Shown: piece after piece, positions 36,917-44,509 of the stretch
Layout of the letters: each line of letters starts with the position of its first letter
How positions within the stretch are numbered: the stretch's first letter is position 1
From: Escherichia phage L27
DNA: 64,000 nucleotides
Sequence record: LC473039.1
Reading direction: 5' to 3' (one strand)
Made by a program: the position numbers and the translations under genes
The notes under the pieces: generated by a model
Told to the model about the DNA's origin: nothing
Database searches by the model: none
What the model saw: only the letters and a program-made list of their open reading frames with translations

Positions 36917-36993
36917 TGCGGGTATAGAGAAAGGGCGTCTCACATGTCTCATTAGCATGGTATCGGCAGGTTCGACTCCTGCACCCGCCTCCA
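36917..36993 (+). tRNA. tRNA with CAT anticodon (Met / fMet / Ile-lysidine)
   Basis: Anticodon arm CATGT-CTCATTA-GCATG, T-arm GCAGG-TTCGACT-CCTGC; possible 1:72 mismatch; CCA. Confidence 0.65.
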
Positions 36994-37077
36994 AATTTAC
37001 AGAAGACCGTTTACAGCAAAATTGAATGAAATTTTTAGCGGAAAAATTGAAAGATACGGTCTGGTAATACTAAACAT

Positions 37078-37151
37078 GGTTAGGAAGCACATAAGGTATG
37101 TGCGGTCGCCTGTTAAGCGAATGGCACAGGGTTCGAATCCCTGACTAACCG
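37078..37151 (+). tRNA. tRNA-Asn (anticodon GTT)
   Basis: D-arm GCAC/GTGC, anticodon loop CTGTTAA, T-arm CAGGG-TTCGAAT-CCCTG. Confidence 0.7.
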
Positions 37152-37163
37152 CAAAATTTAAAT

Positions 37164-37251
37164 GTGTCGTTATCCCGTAGATGGTAGCGGTGGGGACTGT
37201 AAATCCCTTGTCATTGAGACTCGGTAGGTTCGACTCCTACACGGCACACCA
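37164..37251 (+). tRNA. tRNA-Tyr (anticodon GTA), long variable arm
   Basis: Acceptor GTGTCGT/ACGGCAC, anticodon loop CTGTAAA, T-arm GTAGG-TTCGACT-CCTAC, CCA. Confidence 0.75.
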
Positions 37252-37273
37252 ACACTTAGCGAGATACTTAGTT

Positions 37274-37702
37274 ATGAGAGATGAAGTATACAAATCACAA
37301 CTTGGTATGAGTTTGGGAACTGCACAAAACAGACTAGTAAAAGATTTGCTATTCGATTTTATATGTAAGACAAATCAAAATAGATGTTTTCAGTGCGGAA
37401 AAGAAATGACTAGGGATGATTTCTCTATCGAGCATAAGATTCCGTGGAGACATAGTGAGAATGCAAAAGAGCTTTTCTTTTCACTAGATAATATTTCTTA
37501 TAGTCATCTTAAATGTAACATGAAAGCAGCAAGACCAGCACAGATAAGTGAAAGAAAACATAAAACAATTAAACACGGAACTGCGTATAGTTATTTTAAA
37601 GGCTGTAGATGCGATGAGTGTAGGTTGGCTAAGAATGCTGAGAGTAGAAGAAACTATAGTCCAGAAAGACGTAGGAAGAAGTATCTAAGAAATGGCACAT
37701 GA
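37274..37702 (+). CDS. HNH homing endonuclease (tRNA-cluster embedded)
   Basis: HNH core SIEHKIPW...SHLKCN; C-terminal YFKGCRCDECR; ORF-track start 37181 overlaps tRNA-Tyr, ATG 37274 used. Confidence 0.7.
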   Translation: MRDEVYKSQLGMSLGTAQNRLVKDLLFDFICKTNQNRCFQCGKEMTRDDFSIEHKIPWRHSENAKELFFSLDNISYSHLKCNMKAARPAQISERKHKTIKHGTAYSYFKGCRCDECRLAKNAESRRNYSPERRRKKYLRNGT

Positions 37703-37705
37703 ATT

Positions 37706-37781
37706 TGGGGTATTAGTTTAGACGGGTAAAATACGGGATTGTCTCTCCTGAGCCGCGAGTTCGATTCTCGCATACCTCGCC
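37706..37781 (+). tRNA. tRNA, anticodon GTC (Asp) or TGT (Thr) depending on fold
   Basis: Acceptor GGGGTAT/ATACCTC, T-arm GCGAG-TTCGATT-CTCGC, CCA; anticodon loop ambiguous. Confidence 0.6.
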
Positions 37782-38212
37782 AATTTTGAGAGGGCTATTT
37801 AGCCCCTCCCTTAAAGGGTTCTTACGAGTATCTTTTAAAGGAGCAGAAGACCAAATACAGCAAGAACGTATGAAAATTTCAAGCCAATTTAATTTTGAAA
37901 AATTTAAAACTTGGTCTGGCTCAACAAATTTACAGAAGACCGTTTACAGCAAAACTTAAACAATCTATTTCTCGGTAAAGAAAAGGCGAAGGTTCGATTC
38001 CTTCACTCGGCAGATGTCGAGTTGGTGTAATGGTAGCACTTAAGATGATAAACAACGGTCTGGTAATTATCTTTGTAGATAAGTTATTAAGCTTACCTGT
38101 GAGTATGCGACCACAAAGGGTGAAAGGGTAAATTCTAGATTTAAACCCAACAAGGCACATCGCTACAGACCTTAAGCAAGTCTGGGTAGCTTATCTACAA
38201 AGATAATTTAAT

Positions 38213-38288
38213 GGAAGTGTAGCAGAATGGTGATGCGGTAGACTTTTAATCTGACAGGCGATGGGTTCGAATCCCTCCACTTCTACCA
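38213..38288 (+). tRNA. tRNA-Lys (anticodon TTT), atypical T-stem
   Basis: Acceptor GGAAGTG/CACTTCT, anticodon loop CTTTTAA, T-loop TTCGAAT, CCA. Confidence 0.55.
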
Positions 38289-38292
38289 AAAT

Positions 38293-38369
38293 GGTTCAGT
38301 CGCAGATAAGGTAATGCAAGGGTCTCATAAGCCCTATGAATGTGGGTTCGATTCCCATCTGAACCTCCA
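38293..38369 (+). tRNA. second tRNA with CAT anticodon (Met/Ile2)
   Basis: Acceptor GGTTCAG/CTGAACC, anticodon arm AGGGT-CTCATAA-GCCCT, T-loop TTCGATT, CCA. Confidence 0.7.
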
Positions 38370-38377
38370 ATTTATAG

Positions 38378-38872
38378 GTGATACTTATGATTTGTGCCAA
38401 CAAAGATTGCAGAAATGAAGCCGTTAAAGGTGGAAAATTTTGCTCACGCTCTTGTTCTGCAAAAGTGAACAACAAGAAACACCCAAAGAGAAGTCAGGAA
38501 GGCTCTTGCCATTCATGCGGAAAGGTAACGCCAAAAGCGAGAAAATACTGTGACGAATGTATTGCAGGTGGAGTCATGAAAAAACATAAGACCCATCATG
38601 AAAAAAGCAAAGCCAAATCACTGCACGTTAAAAAGTCTCGTGACAGACTGAAGAAGGCTTTAGTTGATTACAAGGGTGGTTGTTGTTCAATTTGTGGTTA
38701 CAATAGGTGCATAAAGGCTCTAGAGTTTCACCACTTAGACCCTAAGACAAAAGACTTCACAGTAAGTAAAAAACACTACTCACTGGCTACAATGCAGTCT
38801 GAAGTTGATAAGTGTGTCTTGCTTTGTGCAAATTGCCACAGAGAAGTACACGAAGGGGTAACAATGCTGTGA
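38378..38872 (+). CDS. HNH homing endonuclease (zinc-binding)
   Basis: Multiple CxxC pairs and HNH motif EFHHLDPKTKD...CANCHREVH; RBS AGGTGA. Confidence 0.7.
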   Translation: MILMICANKDCRNEAVKGGKFCSRSCSAKVNNKKHPKRSQEGSCHSCGKVTPKARKYCDECIAGGVMKKHKTHHEKSKAKSLHVKKSRDRLKKALVDYKGGCCSICGYNRCIKALEFHHLDPKTKDFTVSKKHYSLATMQSEVDKCVLLCANCHREVHEGVTML

Positions 38873-38941
38873 AAGCACATATGGATGTGCATTCGGCTGA
38901 TAACCGAAAGGCAGAAGGTTCAAATCCTTCTCACAGTACCA
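38866..38941 (+). tRNA. tRNA-Ile (anticodon GAT)
   Basis: Start overlaps HNH stop codon; D-arm GCAC/GTGC, anticodon arm TTCGG-CTGATAA-CCGAA, T-arm GAAGG-TTCAAAT-CCTTC, CCA. Confidence 0.75.
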
Positions 38942-38956
38942 ATTTCAATAAAGTTG

Positions 38957-38985
38957 TTGACATTGAGATGTGACTACTTTATAGT
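38957..38985 (+). promoter_or_regulatory. strong sigma70 consensus promoter (TTGACA-N17-TATAGT) inside tRNA cluster
   Basis: GTTGTTGACATTGAGATGTGACTACTTTATAGTAACC; ~200-nt untranslated leader before next tRNA. Confidence 0.6.
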
Positions 38986-39189
38986 AACCTTAGTTTTCGT
39001 TGCGTAGCGTCTATTTTGCAAATTTAAAATAAATGCAAACGACAATGTTTTTCTGGCAGTAGCTTGATAGGCTAAACACCAGTGAGGTCTTCCAATCCCT
39101 CATCAAAGAATTTGGCGTACTCGCCCACGGTATGATTAATAAGGTGGGCATCTTTAAGGGCTTTCTAAGAGAGTCTTTAAAGATAATTA

Positions 39190-39271
39190 CGGGGCGTATC
39201 TCAGCGGTCTTCTAAACCGCCGTTAACCGAGTAAGTGGAGTATGCGGGTTCGAGTCCTGCCGCCTCGACCA
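39190..39271 (+). tRNA. atypical tRNA-like gene (possible tRNA-Arg, anticodon TCT; D-arm not resolvable)
   Basis: Good acceptor CGGGGCG/CGCCTCG, T-arm GCGGG-TTCGAGT-CCTGC and CCA; perfect stem-loop GCGGT-CTTCTAA-ACCGC but spacing non-canonical. Confidence 0.4.
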
Positions 39272-39414
39272 ATTTAGTTAGCAGATTACTTAGACGACCT
39301 AAGCGGGTCTTCCTGTAGGGAGGTGGTCTGTATCTCATGTTTTCCAGAACATGTAAATAATCTGAGAAGGGGCTTTACAGTGTTGAGATAATACGGTAAG
39401 CTTCGAATTATAGT

Positions 39415-39497
39415 ATGGGACGATGTTAAGACTCTAAGGCATGAGCAACGGCTTCCAACACCGTTTCAAAGGGGTTCAACTCCTCCGTCCCATGCCA
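39415..39497 (+). tRNA. tRNA-Trp (anticodon CCA) candidate with enlarged D region
   Basis: Acceptor ATGGGAC/GTCCCAT perfect, anticodon region ACGG-CTTCCAACA-CCGT resembles Trp arm, T-loop TTCAACT, CCA. Confidence 0.5.
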
Positions 39498-39510
39498 AAG
39501 TCTTATTAGG

Positions 39511-39600
39511 GGTAGGTAGCGGCTAATGGTAGCCAAACAGTCTTGAAAACTGTTGCCACTGTAGAGATACGGTGAGGGTTCGACTCCTTTACTTACCGCC
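39511..39600 (+). tRNA. tRNA-Ser (anticodon TGA), long variable arm
   Basis: Anticodon arm ACAGT-CTTGAAA-ACTGT, variable arm ~20 nt, T-loop TTCGACT. Confidence 0.7.
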
Positions 39601-39854
39601 TAATAAGATTTTACACCGTCCATGCTTGCTCGCATTTTCGGTTTATCCCTCGTGTATTGTCGTACACTGATAAAGCACCTAGTAGGTGTCACGGAGAAGA
39701 GATAATATCAAGCTCTCCAAAGGTTCTAGTCACCGGATTAAACAAGACTATGCAAAGACCAAATTAGGTCTTTTTAGAGGGCTTCTAAGGTTATTACAGC
39801 TTGTTGTGGAACCTTGTTGCTTAGGTTCTTAGAAGTTCTCTAAAAAGATTTAAT

Positions 39855-39932
39855 GGGAGATTGACGGTAATTGGTAAACCTATCTCGCTTAGAACGAGAT
39901 GTTTGAGGGTTCGAATCCCTTGTCTCCTACCA
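39855..39932 (+). tRNA. tRNA with anticodon TAG (Leu) but short variable arm
   Basis: Anticodon arm TCTCG-CTTAGAA-CGAGA, T-arm GAGGG-TTCGAAT-CCCTT, CCA. Confidence 0.55.
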
Positions 39933-39939
39933 AATTAAT

Positions 39940-40015
39940 GCAGGTGTAGCAAAATGGTTATGCGGCTGACTCTTAATCAGTAAGACGATGGGTTCAATTC
40001 CCTCCACCTGTACCA
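39940..40015 (+). tRNA. tRNA-Lys (anticodon CTT), atypical T-stem shared with Lys-TTT
   Basis: Acceptor GCAGGTG/CACCTGT, anticodon arm GCTGA-CTCTTAA-TCAGT, CCA. Confidence 0.55.
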
Positions 40016-40021
40016 GACATT

Positions 40022-40097
40022 GGGGATGTAGTTTACATGGTTAAAACATAAGTTTTGCAAACTTAAGTACAGGGTTCAATTCCCTGCTTCTCCACCA
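40022..40097 (+). tRNA. tRNA-Ala (anticodon TGC)
   Basis: D-arm GTTT/AAAC, anticodon arm TAAGT-TTTGCAA-ACTTA, T-arm CAGGG-TTCAATT-CCCTG, CCA. Confidence 0.65.
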
Positions 40098-40103
40098 ATT
40101 AGT

Positions 40104-40178
40104 GCATCCATAGTTTAAACGGGAAAATTGCAGTCTTCCAAACTGAGGTTGAGGGTTCGATTCCCTCTGGATGCTCCA
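40104..40178 (+). tRNA. tRNA-Gly (anticodon TCC)
   Basis: Acceptor GCATCCA/TGGATGC, anticodon loop CTTCCAA, T-arm GAGGG-TTCGATT-CCCTC, CCA. Confidence 0.7.
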
Positions 40179-40184
40179 AATAAA

Positions 40185-40261
40185 GCTGCTTTCGTATAAT
40201 TGGCTATTACACATCCCTTGTAAGGATGGAAATGCAGGTTCGAGTCCTGTGAGCAGCACCA
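40185..40261 (+). tRNA. tRNA-Thr (anticodon TGT)
   Basis: Anticodon arm CATCC-CTTGTAA-GGATG, T-loop TTCGAGT, CCA. Confidence 0.75.
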
Positions 40262-40356
40262 ATTCAGAGGTCAAGTGAAAGACCGCTGGTGTCAACTGAA
40301 GACCGTAACAAATTCCACGGAGTTGAGTTAGCGGCACAACTTCAGACCTCTTTCAC

Positions 40357-40431
40357 ACTCGCTTAGTTTATATGGTAAAACATCACCCTTACAAGATGAA
40401 GAAAAAGGTTCAAGTCCTTTAGTGAGTACCA
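40357..40431 (+). tRNA. tRNA-Val (anticodon TAC)
   Basis: D-arm GTTT/AAAC, anticodon loop CTTACAA, T-arm AAAGG-TTCAAGT-CCTTT, CCA. Confidence 0.65.
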
Positions 40432-40432
40432 T

Positions 40433-40510
40433 GTTCCAGTATCCCAATTGGCAGAGGATGCAAGCTCAAACCTTGTATTAGTGACGGTTCGAATCCGTCT
40501 TGGAACACCA
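40433..40510 (+). tRNA. tRNA with anticodon CAA (Leu) but short variable arm
   Basis: Acceptor GTTCCAG/TTGGAAC, anticodon arm GCAAG-CTCAAAC-CTTGT, T-arm GACGG-TTCGAAT-CCGTC, CCA. Confidence 0.55.
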
Positions 40511-40529
40511 ATTTTAAGAGGCTATTTAG

Positions 40530-41087
40530 ATGAGATATTTGAAGTATGCTTCATGGATTTTCCTAGCTTTACTAGAGCCATTTGCAGCAACCCTAGCAGT
40601 CATCTTAGCACCTTTCGTAGTCCCATTCTACAGTGAGAAGAAAGGGCATCTACCTTTTGGATTCAGATGGATGGAGACCTATGACAACCCGATTGATGGT
40701 GATGAAGGCCACGTTAAAAGATGGGCTAAGATTAGAAAGATTGGTAAGCTGGGTGTCTACATGCAGAGAGTTGGGTGGCTCTGGAGAAACAAAGCTTATA
40801 ACTTCTCTTACCATGTATTAGGAAGAGATGTAAAAGATGTTACTAAGTGGAAAGGTAATATCAACGTAAGTTCTAACCCTGAAGATAATCAAACAGGTTA
40901 TCTCCTAATGTGGAACAGAAATGCTTGGGGTTTATTTGCTTTTATCCCATCAATTAAAGTCTTTGGTAAACAGTTTTACTGGAGAATTTATATTGGATGG
41001 AAACTAAAAAGTGTTGTCCCAGAAGAAAGAGCATTCTCAAGGGAAAGAGTTATGTTGGCATTCTTTATTCATCCACTGAGAAAGTAA
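40530..41087 (+). CDS. hypothetical membrane protein encoded inside the tRNA cluster
   Basis: 185 aa, N-terminal TM helix, Trp/Arg-rich; no overlap with tRNAs. Confidence 0.45.
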   Translation: MRYLKYASWIFLALLEPFAATLAVILAPFVVPFYSEKKGHLPFGFRWMETYDNPIDGDEGHVKRWAKIRKIGKLGVYMQRVGWLWRNKAYNFSYHVLGRDVKDVTKWKGNINVSSNPEDNQTGYLLMWNRNAWGLFAFIPSIKVFGKQFYWRIYIGWKLKSVVPEERAFSRERVMLAFFIHPLRK

Positions 41088-41095
41088 AGATTTAA

Positions 41096-41171
41096 AGGGG
41101 ATTAGTTTACAAGGTTAAAACCTCGGTCTTTGAAATCGAAGAAGTTGGTTCAATTCCAACATCCCCCGCCA
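41096..41171 (+). tRNA. tRNA-Gln (anticodon TTG)
   Basis: D-arm GTTT/AAAC, anticodon arm TCGGT-CTTTGAA-ATCGA, T-arm GTTGG-TTCAATT-CCAAC, CCA. Confidence 0.65.
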
Positions 41172-41173
41172 AT

Positions 41174-41252
41174 GCTCCATTACTCCAATTGGCAGAGAGG
41201 CCAGACTTAAAATCTGTGTTATGTATCGGTTCGAATCCGATATGGAGTACCA
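41174..41252 (+). tRNA. tRNA with anticodon TAA (Leu), short variable arm
   Basis: Acceptor GCTCCAT/ATGGAGT, anticodon loop CTTAAAA, T-arm ATCGG-TTCGAAT-CCGAT, CCA. Confidence 0.55.
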
Positions 41253-41257
41253 AATTT

Positions 41258-41333
41258 AGCGGTATAGCATAACTGGCAATGCAGCAGTCTCTGAAGCTGT
41301 CCTATTAAGGTTCAAATCCTTATGCCGCTGCCA
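41258..41333 (+). tRNA. tRNA-Gln (anticodon CTG)
   Basis: D-arm GCAT/ATGC, anticodon loop CTCTGAA, T-arm TAAGG-TTCAAAT-CCTTA, CCA. Confidence 0.65.
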
Positions 41334-41364
41334 CTTCTAAGGGTTCTTACGAGAGTCCTTAAAT

Positions 41365-41440
41365 GTGGCCTTATCATAAATGGTAATGACCCATGCTGTG
41401 AACATGGTCTATACGGGTTCAAATCCCGTAGGTCACCCCA
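41365..41440 (+). tRNA. tRNA-His (anticodon GTG)
   Basis: Anticodon arm CCATG-CTGTGAA-CATGG, T-arm ACGGG-TTCAAAT-CCCGT, CCA. Confidence 0.75.
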
Positions 41441-41445
41441 ATTTA

Positions 41446-41521
41446 TAGTCCAAGTAGCTTATATGGTAAAGCGCGTGTCTGAAAAACATGAGAAGAGGGT
41501 TCAAATCCCACTGGACTACCA
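41446..41521 (+). tRNA. tRNA-Phe (anticodon GAA)
   Basis: D-arm GCTT/AAGC, anticodon arm CGTGT-CTGAAAA-ACATG, T-loop TTCAAAT; acceptor pairing imperfect in manual fold. Confidence 0.6.
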
Positions 41522-41537
41522 ATTTCAAAGGTGCTTA

Positions 41538-42272
41538 ATGAAAGAGATGACAGAACAAGGTAAGGAGATTTTTAATCTCTTAAAAACCGGTAAAGGGTTT
41601 TCTAACCCACTTATTACTGGTGCAGCAGTTCTCGGTGGAACCGTAGCTGCCTCTACATCACTTGTAAACTCTATTAGTTCTGTAACAGACCCTACAATGA
41701 AGGATAAACTTGTTGCTGCTGGACTTACAACAGTCCTTCTAAACAGCTTTACAACAAGCCTTACAAGCACTACAGCAACTACTAAGACCCTAACAGACTA
41801 CGGTCAAAAGTCTATTGATGAGTTTTCATCACGTATGCAGGTAGCAAAGGGATACTCCAATGTTATGGGTGCAGCAGGAGAACAAGTTGGTTGTACACCA
41901 TTCAGTGGTATTATGGGTGTTGCTACAGAGTATGGTCAAAAAGCTATTGACACGATTAACAGTACACTGGATAGTGTTAATGATGTGTTAAGTGACTTAC
42001 AAGATGCTATTGATAAGGGTCTTGATACTGTTTCTGATTTAGCTAACCAAGCTGTAAGTAAAATTAATGAAGGTATTTCAAAGATTACAGCTTATGCAGA
42101 TGAAGTTGTGCAGATGATTGAAGAAGAAGCTGCACTTATTGCAGAGTACCTTAAAACGAATATCAATGGGTTCTTAGCAGGTATCTTACCAGACTGGTTT
42201 GATGATGCTTGCAAAACTGGTGTAATTGACACTATTGCAACACCAGAAATGAAGAACGCATTACAGAAATAA
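41538..42272 (+). CDS. hypothetical Ser/Thr-rich protein (possible virion-associated)
   Basis: ATG 41538; ORF-track start 41322 overlaps four tRNAs and is rejected. Confidence 0.5.
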   Translation: MKEMTEQGKEIFNLLKTGKGFSNPLITGAAVLGGTVAASTSLVNSISSVTDPTMKDKLVAAGLTTVLLNSFTTSLTSTTATTKTLTDYGQKSIDEFSSRMQVAKGYSNVMGAAGEQVGCTPFSGIMGVATEYGQKAIDTINSTLDSVNDVLSDLQDAIDKGLDTVSDLANQAVSKINEGISKITAYADEVVQMIEEEAALIAEYLKTNINGFLAGILPDWFDDACKTGVIDTIATPEMKNALQK

Positions 42273-42273
42273 T

Positions 42274-42366
42274 GGAAGATTAACCCTAAAAGGTAAGGGA
42301 GCAGTTTGCTAAACTGCCAGTAGCTGAGAAATCGGTGTACCAGTTCAAGTCTGGTATCTTCCTCCA
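42274..42366 (+). tRNA. tRNA-Ser (anticodon GCT), long variable arm
   Basis: Acceptor GGAAGAT/ATCTTCC perfect, anticodon arm GCAGT-TTGCTAA-ACTGC, T-arm ACCAG-TTCAAGT-CTGGT, CCA. Confidence 0.75.
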
Positions 42367-42370
42367 ATTT

Positions 42371-42446
42371 GAATCCGTGACAGAAATGGCTATGTGCCTG
42401 TCTGCAAAACAGGTTTATAAGGGTTCGAGTCCCTTCGGATTCTCCA
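42371..42446 (+). tRNA. tRNA-Cys (anticodon GCA)
   Basis: Acceptor GAATCCG/CGGATTC perfect, anticodon arm CCTGT-CTGCAAA-ACAGG, T-arm AAGGG-TTCGAGT-CCCTT, CCA. Confidence 0.75.
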
Positions 42447-42477
42447 AGTTATTTTACTCTCTCTCAATTAAAAATAA

Positions 42478-42550
42478 TAATAATGCCCTGCTATCAGTAT
42501 TCTTCCTTTCGCTACCGAAGAGTATTTTTAGACAGGGCTTTTTTACAGAG
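42478..42550 (+). terminator. Rho-independent terminator after tRNA cluster
   Basis: GCCCTG...CAGGGC stem with inner stem-loop, followed by TTTTTTAC. Confidence 0.6.
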
Positions 42551-42669
42551 TTATACTTTATAAGAAGCCTTATACAGTATGTCTCTGACGTACATTGTGG
42601 TTTCTCCTTGACGGTCTCTGTACCGTCTTTTTTAAGGGGAAACATGATTAACTATTTGGAGAAAACATA

Positions 42670-42870
42670 ATGAGCGAGACCGTTTATAAAGAACTTTATG
42701 AAGCTAATAAGAAGCTAGAATTTATGCAGAATACTATCATGGCAATTGCAGACAGATTGTCTGTAGCAACAGGTATTGATATTAAAGAAGCATCTATGGA
42801 TGCACTTCTTGATGCTGTTGATGCAAAGTTCGAAGTTAAGAAAGAAGAGACTGCTACAGACTCTGAATAA
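42670..42870 (+). CDS. hypothetical small protein upstream of terminase (possible small terminase subunit)
   Basis: 66 aa helical protein; position only. Confidence 0.4.
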   Translation: MSETVYKELYEANKKLEFMQNTIMAIADRLSVATGIDIKEASMDALLDAVDAKFEVKKEETATDSE

Positions 42871-42891
42871 TTCTATTTGCGGAGGCGCTTA

Positions 42892-44493
42892 ATGGACTTA
42901 AATGCTGTTAAGCAGAAGCGAGTGGAAGATGTTAGGAAAGTCCTAGCTGGAGAGTTGGGGCTTTCTGATGAAGTAAAAGAAATTATCAAATCATTCGGTA
43001 AAGACCCCTCTAAATTCCTTCCAACTCAAATTCTGACTTTATTAAGATACACACCAGACCAAGTTAGACTTATCTTCAAATTGATGACTGATAAGAACTA
43101 TGTAGCCCCTCAGCCGGGTTCTCAAGAGGTCTTTTTAAATACTAATGCTGACTTGGTTCTCTATGGTGGTGCTGCTGGTGCTGGTAAAACTGCTGCATTG
43201 TTAATGGACTCTTTAAGATTTATTGAAGACCCTAACTATAATGCTGTATATTTCCGTCGAAATACAACACAGTTACAAGGTGGTTTATGGCCTGCTGCAA
43301 AGAAACTGTTTGGTAAGTTTGGTGGGATTCCTCACGAGCAGAAAATGACTATCACATTCCCTTCTGGGGCAACTATCAAGTTTACCTACCTAGAACTTGA
43401 AAAGCACGCTGAAGGTCATCAGGGTATTGAATACTCAGCTATTTACTTTGACGAAGGTACACACTTCTCTGCTTCACAGATTTCATACCTACAGACTCGT
43501 CTGCGTTCTGGTGCTGAAGGCGACTCATACATGAAGATTTCCATGAACCCAGACAGAGACCACTTTATTTATGATTGGGTAGAGCCATTCTTAGATGAAG
43601 AAGGTTACCCAGACCCTGAGAAGTGTGGTCGTATCCGTTGGTATGTTATGAATGATGGTGTGATGGTTTCTGATTGGGAGAGAGACAAGATTCTTGAAAT
43701 GTTCCCTCTTGAGATTCCTCAAACATACACCTTCATCTCTGGTACGATTGATGATAACCCAATTCTTGACTTCTTAGAGCCAAAGTATCGCGGTAAGCTT
43801 GAAAACAACACTCCTGTAAACGTTGCAAGACTTCGTTTCGGTAACTGGAAGGCTCGTGCAGAAGGTTCAAACTACTGGCAAAGACAATGGTGTGAGATTG
43901 TTGATTCACTCCCAGAAGATGTATTCGATGTTAGAGCATGGGACTTAGCAGCAACTTTACCATCTGAGATTAACCCTAATCCAGACTGGACAGCAGGTGT
44001 TAAGATGGGTAAATCTAAAAAAGACGGTTGCTATTATATCATTGATGTAGTAAGATTTAGAGATAGACCCTCTGGAGTCGAAACACAAATTAATTTGACT
44101 GCTGAAAGTGACGGTAAGCGAACTGGTATTTTTATCCCTCAAGACCCAGGCGCTGCTGGTAAATCCTACGCAACATCCCTCATCAGGAAACTTGCCGAGA
44201 AAGGTTATCGCGCAAGAGCTAAACCAACAAATAAAGATAAAGTTACCCGCTTTGCGGGATTTTCTGCTGCTTCTGAAGCTGGACTTGTAAAAGTCTTGAG
44301 AGGTAGTTGGAATGAAGCTTACTTCCAAGAGCTTGAAGGCTTTTGTGGTGATGGCAAAACTAAAGATGACCAAGTGGATGCTACCAGTGATGCTTTCAAC
44401 AGTCTTAACGAAGTTAAATTATTCAAGCCACCATCAATGGGTGCTCACACAGACTTAGTGAGAGGAAACCCATATGAGGGGCTTAGACGTTGA
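42892..44493 (+). CDS. terminase large subunit
   Basis: Walker A LYGGAAGAGKTAA; ATG 42892 behind GGAGG; ~530 aa; followed by portal-sized gene. Confidence 0.8.
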   Translation: MDLNAVKQKRVEDVRKVLAGELGLSDEVKEIIKSFGKDPSKFLPTQILTLLRYTPDQVRLIFKLMTDKNYVAPQPGSQEVFLNTNADLVLYGGAAGAGKTAALLMDSLRFIEDPNYNAVYFRRNTTQLQGGLWPAAKKLFGKFGGIPHEQKMTITFPSGATIKFTYLELEKHAEGHQGIEYSAIYFDEGTHFSASQISYLQTRLRSGAEGDSYMKISMNPDRDHFIYDWVEPFLDEEGYPDPEKCGRIRWYVMNDGVMVSDWERDKILEMFPLEIPQTYTFISGTIDDNPILDFLEPKYRGKLENNTPVNVARLRFGNWKARAEGSNYWQRQWCEIVDSLPEDVFDVRAWDLAATLPSEINPNPDWTAGVKMGKSKKDGCYYIIDVVRFRDRPSGVETQINLTAESDGKRTGIFIPQDPGAAGKSYATSLIRKLAEKGYRARAKPTNKDKVTRFAGFSAASEAGLVKVLRGSWNEAYFQELEGFCGDGKTKDDQVDATSDAFNSLNEVKLFKPPSMGAHTDLVRGNPYEGLRR

Positions 44494-44509
44494 TAGCTAG
44501 GTGAGAAGA

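Noticed and set aside
36743-36994. 83-aa minus-strand ORF
   Set aside because: Antisense to tRNA genes
37985-38040. T-arm-like hairpin (GAAGG-TTCGATT-CCTTC) followed by hairpin ACTCGGC-AGAT-GTCGAGT and a D-arm-like GTTGGTGTAATGGTAGCAC
   Set aside because: No complete cloverleaf could be folded; probably a degraded or rearranged tRNA remnant
37930-38160. 76-aa minus-strand ORF
   Set aside because: Lies in tRNA spacer with tRNA-like hairpins; no RBS
40041-40337. 98-aa minus-strand ORF
   Set aside because: Antisense to four tRNA genes
41322-41537. Upstream extension of ORF 41322..42272
   Set aside because: Would overlap four well-formed tRNA genes; first ATG after the tRNAs (41538) taken as start
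42335-42670. 111-aa ORF
   Set aside because: Overlaps tRNA-Ser, tRNA-Cys and the following terminator hairpin
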